Part shown: one piece after another, positions 55,829 to 64,000 of the stretch
Numbering within the stretch: the stretch's first letter is position 1
Layout of the letters: each line of letters begins with the position of its first letter
NCBI GenBank assembly: GCA_047495785.1
Contig: JBLDXI010000010.1
Coordinates: forward strand, 930,001-994,000
Source of the DNA: Lepidodermella squamata
Taxonomy: Eukaryota > Animalia > Gastrotricha
Length of the DNA stretch: 64,000 nucleotides
Reading direction: 5' to 3'
The notes under the pieces: generated by a model
Told to the model about the DNA's origin: nothing
The model's input: only the letters and a program-made list of their open reading frames with translations
Databases searched by the model: none
Translations under genes and position numbers: made by a program

Positions 55829-56638
55829 AAATCGTTCGATTACTGATGTAACATGCCGGTCACATTTCCTTCGTATGTTATCACCTCATTTCATATGACG
55901 CGTGTTCGCCTGGGCAATCAATCCAACTCAATTAGAATCCAATCCGATATTTCAATTTCCCGCAAAAATATGCATTTTTTGTCGCCAAGTAGATGTATTC
56001 TGAGCCAGGGCGTCGGCCTCCTCAAAATTTGTAATCACTATTTTGTTCAGATGTTTTTTGATGTAATCAATCCACCTCAATTTTCCTTGATGTCTACTGC
56101 AAGACAAATGAGCCCAAATAAAAATGATTCTTGGCGATAATATGGCCTTGGTTCATTTTTTCGTGACTGAAAATTTGCTTCCAAACAATGAACGCGAATT
56201 TGCAAAGGATCGTGATTTTTCCGCCCAGCTGTTGTCGATTGACTCGCCGTAGCAAAATTCGTGAAGTTGATGATTTGCGATTAAAAAAATTCCAAAGCCT
56301 GAAGGCTGAAGTGTTCGACGCTGTTGGCTGTTGGCAAAATCTCTCGGCGCAAAGCTCGACGCACAGTTGAGATGAACGGAGCTGCCGTGGGCGTTGACTA
56401 CGGCCTGGTTATGAAGGCCCTTAAGCCTTAAGACACAGGGTCTCAAAGGTTTGGATGGGAAGACAAACATTTTTCTTGTTTATGTTGTTGTTTTTTCTTC
56501 GACACTTTTTTATTTCGATTCTTTTCATGCCGAAATCATCGCCTCGCCTTGTGCAAGGTGACTGGGGTGAGCGAGACTTTAGTGGACACGTTGCAACCTT
56601 AATATGAAATTTCGAACGATCTCGTAAGAGCGACAGTG

Positions 56639-59192
56639 TTAGATTCCCATGCTAACATGAGGTATAACTTGTGCTACAAACGCGATATTCAGTGCAACAA
56701 TTACAATAATACAAGCGCAAATACAGACAAAAAACTTATGAGGGCCTGCAGATGCGAAAGATAAGCAAATCGATGAGCATGCTAAGCACAGAAGAATCAA
56801 ACACGGTGCTAAATTTTGAAATATTTTCATGTCGCCCAGAGCGTCAGGCAGCGATTTCGTTCGTCCCAACCGAATGATGTGAAGGGCCATGTTGAGGAAG
56901 GAGAGCGAAATTACAGCCGCTACAGAAATTAAAAAGCCGTTGGTTACCAACCCGTTTGCACTGATCGTCGGAGCCTTTGAAAAGCTTTGAAAAGCTAGAT
57001 TCAAGTCCTCGGAATCTGTCGAATATTCACCATTGCGAACCTCCAAATTTAACGGCTCAATGGTAAACCAAATCACAACAAGCAAGCTTTGAACAAGGGT
57101 GGATATAAGAACGAAAGTTGAACATCTTCTCTGAATCGTTGAAACATACTCCCAATTTACCGGCTCGATTTGAACGGAGCTTTTACCGAATGACCCCCGA
57201 TCTTTCCACGGAACAGGCTTTGGTGGTTTCATCTTATCAGCATAAAGTTTCCCGATGATCAGTTTTGCTGTTATCGTAGCTACAAGAAGGCTGAGGCCAG
57301 CGACAAAGAGGACGACTCCAGCCATGAATTGTAAGTCGAAGTTTACCGACCATTCTTCCGTGGTAATGAGGATGTTGAAGACGAGCATTAAAACACAGCC
57401 TATCAAATTCATTTGAACCAATGACCCGCTGACCTCTCTCTTACGCCATATCAGAATCAGCACAGAAGCTATGAGGAGATGTGAAATCGTTAACAATACG
57501 ACGCTAGAGCTTCTTGGAAGGATTGGCGTGGCAATTCGATAGATAAGAATTGTATCTCGCGGTGGTGATCCATCTTTTGTCCGCCAGACCAACTTCTCGG
57601 GGCCGAAACGAATTCTTTCGTCAAAAATCGCAACTGGCACTAGTTGTTGCCGCTCAGATAAGCTCAACTGGACATTGCCGAACTCTCGAACTTGATAGAA
57701 GGCAGTTTTCCCTCGAAGCGCGCTCCATCCTGAACTTGTTTCAGTATGCAGACCTTTGAAAGGCGAGTTATTAATCACTTCGCTGAACAAATTACGAATT
57801 ATTTCGCCGCTCGTTCCGAACTTTTCGCTTCCCATTGCCCAATTTGCTAGAGAGTCGTTTTTCCGATTGAGAATTTCTTCGGTCCTGTTGAGAGTTAAAG
57901 CTGTAAGGAGTATCATATCGTAATAGGACGTTCGATAGTTCCACCAGAAGCTTGACAACTCAGGCTTTTCGATCGCATCTTTCATCTTCCGCTCGAAATC
58001 TTGGATTGAAAACCCGAATTGATCAATCCGTTTGTTGTCTACGTTCGACTCGGATGCGTAGCCGTAATAGATGACGCTATTGAGTACGGTGAATAGCATT
58101 TCTTCCGTGCAGCCCGGCACAAGGTTTCGTATTGGGGAATTCGGTAGGAAAGCCGTTATTCCACTGAAGAAGAAGACGTAGCTTGGCCCGTACATCTTCA
58201 ACTTGTAGAGAATACAGGAAACAGCGGCAATGATCGGTGTGTTGAATATGACGATTCGAGGTTGTTTCGCCTTCAGTTGCAACAGCGTGACTTCTAGTTC
58301 ATCGATTGGAGGGCCTTGCAAGCTGCTCAAGTCATAGACGAATTTGGTTGCAAGATCAGTAGAAATGTTCAGTTCTTTGCACTTTCGATCCATCAAAACT
58401 TCTCGGCTCAAATAATCGTCAGTTGCGTCTGATGCGATATACACTTGTTTCCAGTTGTTAGCTGCAATGAAATAAGCGATTGCCTCGTAGAATATTTCAG
58501 GCATCGGCATCATGAAATGAAAGTTTTGGTACAGCTCCGGAGTTCGATACATCATTCCACTTGATCCCATAACGCTAATCTACGCAATGGATTAAACGTA
58601 ATCATGTATTGCAAGAAAGTCGTAAGAACTTTACCCCAGTCACGTTGAAGTGATGCGAAATGTATCCGGTGAAAACATTCCCACAAACTCCACTGACAAA
58701 TAGGGGCAATTTGTTTTGATGGCCGTTGTATCGCAGGATTTCGTCTATTAGAATTCGGGGTGTTGCGTAGAAGTCACACTAGACGTCACAAAATGCAAAA
58801 ATAAATGTGATAGTTTTGTCCAATTTGCATAAAAAGGATTAAAGTTATCATGTTCACCTCATCATCAATCAACTGCAAAACAAGCTCGAAATTAGGCAAG
58901 ATCCCATTTTTCTCAATAGTCTCAAGGGCAATTCTTATAGGCTCGCTGTAGATGGGACCAGCAGGATAAACGAATCCACCTTAAGAAAAATCAGATAAAA
59001 ATCCCCACACTTGATGGTCCTATTCTTACCATAGTTCATCCCGACAGAGATAGTAATAACGTTGCGATTCAGGCTTCCACTTGAATTCATCGGACGAATG
59101 AAAGATGGCATCGGTGATTTATCATTCAACTTAGCTAATGAGCCAAATGCAGCTAAGCCACCAAAAATTGCTATGAGAAGAAATGCGAGCAT
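56639..59192 (-). CDS. Class C GPCR, GABA-B-like; tandem paralogue A
   Basis: Signal exon MLAFLLIAIFGG, small exons (..ILPNFELVLQLIDDE / CDFY..), then a 1.9 kb exon with NWKQV, CILYKLKMYGPSYV, WRTKDGSPPRD and 7TM. Confidence 0.87.
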
Positions 59193-60144
59193 TTCGATTA
59201 TGAAAGCTAAAAGTTTATGATCAATCAAATCTTAGTCTTAGTCCATTCTCTTATACCCCCACATTACAGTCGAGACGGTTATTACGGGCGAATGAGATAA
59301 ATGATACGCGCTCTAATTACCTATGTTTGTCTGGCTTCTTCGTGGTTATTACTGTTCACGTGTTTTGGAAAAGGACAACGGGGTCACATATCTCATATTT
59401 CAAGTTCATGGCACACTGGTCACCTGAGTTTTGAGACGTTTACATCTTACCTAACGTACTTACGCACTAACTTTAAAGGATTGCTTTCGAGTAATTTGGC
59501 GGAGTTTGTACCAAAGTTAATTGCAGACGACTGCCCATCGAAGGAGTTTTATAGTGTTTACAGGTTAAAAGGCTGCTCCTGCGGGCTGCAGACGCCTGTT
59601 GTGCAGTCAGAAGGTAAGACTACAAAGACGTTTTACATTTTTGAGGGAATCCTCTCTCGACTGTAGCGTTTGGCCTTGTCATCAAGCAGCAGTTTGCTTC
59701 GGCCTGCCGAAGCTACCTTTTAGCCTATCTACGCGTGAACATTATTTTTATTCGAGAGGTACTCATATTTGTACAAATAGGGATAAATGGTCCGAGAGTA
59801 ATTTCGAAAACTCGAGCAGTTTCCTACAGTTCTTCTTGCCTAGCTTCTGGCCTAGCTTTTACACTTCGAGTAATATTCTATAGAGGCAAAATGACGATAA
59901 TAAAGCTAAATGAACAACTGAATCAACCAAACCAAAATGAAACTCAAATTTATTATAGCTCAAATTATATAGTTTGGTTTCTTTATTATTTTGAGGAAAT
60001 ATGCTAATCTGTTTGCTTCACCGAACTTTCACTTAATAGGACGCATGTTTGCTAAAATAAATATAAATAGACGAAGGGTTCAGGAGATGAATTCATATGC
60101 GGGAGATGCAGTACAAAGTTGAAGGTAGAAGAATCTCTCTTCAT

Positions 60145-62669
60145 TCATTGAACCACAGCTGATTTTAACAGTGCACTAGGTAAAACGAATGCTGAACTGA
60201 GAACTACAACAGCTATTACACAACTGCAAATGCTGATGAGAAGCCTGTCGCTTCCTGCTGAATCGAAAGACAAGCATACGGCGATGCTGGCCAAGCTTAG
60301 AAGAATCAAACATTGTGCAAGTGCTCGAAATTTCGTGACGTCACTCAAGTCAGAAGGCAGCCCAGATGGCTTACCAAGTTTCAATATCTGAATGGATAAG
60401 TTGAAGAATGCGATCGAGCATATCGCTAGTAGAGTCAAAATGAAGCCGTTATTAAAATCAGGATTCCCATCCATCGCAGGATACCTCGAGAAACTTTGAT
60501 AAGCAACACTCATTACTTCCTCACGTTTGAAAATTGATCCATTCTTTACCTCCAGATTGAGAGGTTGAATTGAAAACCAAACTATCGCTGGCCCTGTCGG
60601 AATGATACTAGATATTAAGGAGATAATGAACCCCTTCCTTTGAATGGCTAACAGGTATCCAATGTTGACAGATCTATTGCTTTTGCGAAATGATCGCCGG
60701 CTGTTGTACTGAGGTGAATTCGCTGGATTTACATGCTCGTTGTAAAACCTTGCCGCCATGATTTTAGCCGTTATAGCGGCAACCAAAAGAGAAAAGCCTG
60801 TGATCAAGCATATGATACCAGCCATGAATTGTGCGTGGAAACCTGTCAGAGCCCATTCCTCCGTCATAGCAAGGACGTTGAAGATTAACATTAGTATACA
60901 TCCAACCAGATTGAGTTTAGAGATGGCTGGAAACTTTCCGAATGAAACAACTCCTATTAGTACAGCTATGATTAAGCACGAAATAGCTAGCAAAGTGATA
61001 CTGATGCTCGATTCAATCAGAGGGGAGCGAACAAATATCGTTAAGACCGTATCTCTAGGCGGTAGTCCGTCTTTTGTCCTCCAGGTAAGCTTTTCAGGTC
61101 CCAAGAACATTGCCCGATCAAAAATTGCGACAGGTACCAGCGAGTGAAGTTCTGAATAGCTTAATCCATCGCGTCTATTGATTTTCACGACCTGATAGAA
61201 GGCGGTTTTGCCTTGAAGAGAACTCCAATCGGATGCATTTTTCATCTCAGTATTTAGGCCTTTGAAATCGATGTTCACAACAACCTTGCTGAATAGATCA
61301 CTCATTTGTTCACCATGAGTGCGAAATCTCTCCGATGTAACTGTCCATTGAGATAGGGTTTCGTTCCTTTGATTGAGGATTTCTTCAGTCCAATGGAGTG
61401 TTAGAGCTGTTAGGAGAATCATGTCGTAGTATGAAGTTCGATAGTTCCACCAGAGGCTTGACAGCTCTGGTTTTTCAATGGCATCTTTCATCTTCTTCTC
61501 GAAATCTTGAATCGACAGACCGAACTGGTCAACTCGTTTGTTGTCTACATTCGACTCGGATGCGTAGCCGTAATAGATGACACTATTGAGCACGGTAAAT
61601 AGCATTTCTTCCGTGCAGCCTGGTACAAGATTTCGTATCGGAGAGTTCGGTAGGAAAGCTGTTATTCCGTTGAATAGAAGGACGTAACTAGGCCCGAACA
61701 TGTTCAAACGGTAGAGAACGCATGAAATCTGTACTATTATCGGAGTGTTGAAAATCATGATGCGAGCTTCCTTTTCTTTCAACTTCAAAAGCAAGGCCTC
61801 GATTTCAGCGATAGGAGGTCCCTGAAGATTTTGCAGGCTGTAGATGAATTTTGTTGTCGTATCAACCGTGATGCCAAGCTCTTTGCACTTGTTGGTGATG
61901 GCGATTTCACGGTTGGTATGGTCATCTGTTGCATCGGAGGCTAGATAAACAGTCTTCCAGCCATTAGCAGCTATGAAGTACGCGATTGGTTCGTTGAATA
62001 TGTCCGGATTTGGCAAGATCACGTGATGATTGTGATATAGCTCCGGGGATCGATACATAGCTCCGTTGGAACCCTTTGAGCTGATCTATAGGTGGATGGT
62101 GTTATTTGAAAGTTGAGTCAATTCAGATTAATTTACCCCAGTGAAGTTGTAGTGGTGGGATAGGAAGCCCGAGAATCCGTTGCCACACACTCCGTTGACA
62201 AAAAAGGGTAACTTATTTTCGAAGCCATTAGGTTGTAGCACCTTGTCGAGGAATATTCTCGGCGAGCCGTAGAAATCGCACTAGAATATTGTTGGTGGCT
62301 TCAAGTTTTTATTGAGATTAGATTCGATTACCTTATCATCGATCAGTTCGATTACAAGTTCGTGGTTCGGCAAGATGCGACTTCGATCAATGGTTTCCAA
62401 AGCGATTCGAACCTGTTCGCTGTAAATCGGGCCTGAAGGGTACACAACTCCTCCTATTGTTGTTAAAAAGAGCTTAGGGACAATTCCAGGATTAAAAGAC
62501 GATCAAAATTACCATAGTTCATTCCCACAGATATCGTAAGCTTGGTTTTGTTCGATCCAGCTGAATTTGGATGAGTTAAGAAACTTGGCATTGGAGAGTT
62601 CATATTCAACTTTGCCGAGGCCACTAAAACCACCACGGTTAGTAAAGATACCAAGGTAATTGAATTCAT
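60145..62669 (-). CDS. Class C GPCR, GABA-B-like; tandem paralogue B
   Basis: Same exon layout as 56639-59192; MNSITLVSLLTVVVLVASA, GWKTV, CVLYRLNMFGPSYV, WRTKDGLPPRD, 7TM. TATAAAT on the minus strand at ~62719-62725. Confidence 0.87.
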
Positions 62670-63934
62670 GAAAACCTGGGAAGGACTGAGATGGTGTTTT
62701 GTACACTGGAGAAAGGGCATTTATACCTATCCTCCAGACGAGTTAACTAGAATTGCGGTGGCCATGTGCGGGGCTAATTACCAATATCGGTATCTCAGGT
62801 TCGAATTTCACGTACAAGCTTAGGGTCAAATATCGCGTGATTACGTAAGTTCATTTGAGGAGCAACTATAAAATAGCATCAAATAGTGTGACAACTGCCG
62901 ACTTGAACGCCATTTGAAAGCATAAACACGCACGTTGTCTCCGAGTGCGAAAATGGCTGCAATTATGACGGGTTGGGACTTGATTGAGATAAGGCTAATG
63001 TAATGAAGAACTAAAATTGGCTAGATTTCATTCATTTTTCAATTTTAACTTGTAACAAATAAACATGGACTAATAAACATTGATACAACGTAACGGACTT
63101 CAACTGCTTTGGAGTCTGTCATTTATTTTTTCGCAATTTGCAACAAAATTGAGCTTGTAATTATCTTCAATTGGCCAAAAATTTCGTCTCGAAAATTAAA
63201 AAAAATTTGAAAGCAACAAATCCGAGAATAATATAGAATTTAAAAAAATGACCTTCATCCAAGACTATGCATGTGAGCTGCGGCCTTCGCGATGTAACAT
63301 TAATAAATTGATAAAAAGCGATAAAAATCATGGGTAACGAGTGCGAGCACATTGACGACTGTTGCTATGATTTAAAATCGTGTCATTTCGCCTCTCGCCA
63401 TCAGAAAATTCACAAACAGCTTATAACCTGTCTTAATTTTTGTATGCTCTAAATATAAAAAAAATTGAAGTTGATTTCGGAAACGCACTTGAGTTTAGTT
63501 GCCTGTCGATTAATACACCTTTTTTCTTGCATTTTCATTTTTTGCAAAACCAAGTGCACTGGCGTCTTCATTTTCTTCATTTTGTTTACTTTTTTAGTAT
63601 AGAGCTTCTGCTTCACGTTTTTCCGCTTTTTCCTCATCTCAGCCAGCAGCAGCACAGAAGAAGCAGAAAAAACTGGGCTCGTGCGTGCAGTTATGAGCAG
63701 TTATATACTCCTTTTCATCAACTTTTGACGCGATCGACCTGAATTTAGCAAAAATCGAAACTTTCATCCTAATTTGTGACCAGTTCCGTTATTAATAACA
63801 TTATGGAAAAATATGTCCCTGATCCTCTTGAAGAGATCTATCAGATGGCATTTGGTTCTTTCTGATGCGACCTTTAAGTCCGGAGAAATCGATGGTTGAA
63901 ATTTTGAATGTTTCGATTTTTTAGCCTCCAAGAA

Positions 63935-64000
63935 ATTGACGAATCAGCAGACCATCTAGCGCCCATGGCGTGACACCCCTTTTCTCGTGAGTAGTCAGTC
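63935..64000. mobile_element. Terminal inverted repeat of the same family as the MITE at 23007-23455, truncated by the window edge
   Basis: GAATCAGCAGACCATCTAGCGCCCATGGCGTGACACCCCTTTTCTCGTGAGTAGTCAGTC aligns with the reverse complement of 23026-23086. Confidence 0.75.

Overview
Eukaryotic, gene-dense DNA, probably from a non-model invertebrate (taxon not determinable here). Genes have GT-AG introns, mostly about 45-60 nt. Almost every gene encodes a secreted, surface or ER-luminal protein, often in paralogous sets: two intronless UDP-glycosyltransferases; four GABA-B-type class C GPCRs; a signal-peptide + ankyrin-repeat + C-type lectin protein; a multicopper-oxidase homologue lacking 4 of 11 copper ligands; an astacin-EGF-CUB-kringle protein whose zinc motif is entirely replaced; three paralogous triple LamG-like, probably GPI-anchored proteins; a receptor with 5 LamG-like, several EGF, 2 ShKT and about 5 Sushi domains; two 14-cysteine Ser/Thr-rich secreted proteins; an SLC18B1-like MFS transporter; and a disrupted helical + ricin-B gene. 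Non-coding DNA carries several non-autonomous DNA transposons (P-like and hAT-like MITEs with target-site duplications, a Crypton-like element, fold-backs). I saw no rRNA, tRNA or CRISPR. Exon boundaries were inferred by eye, and family calls come from motif recognition, not database searches.
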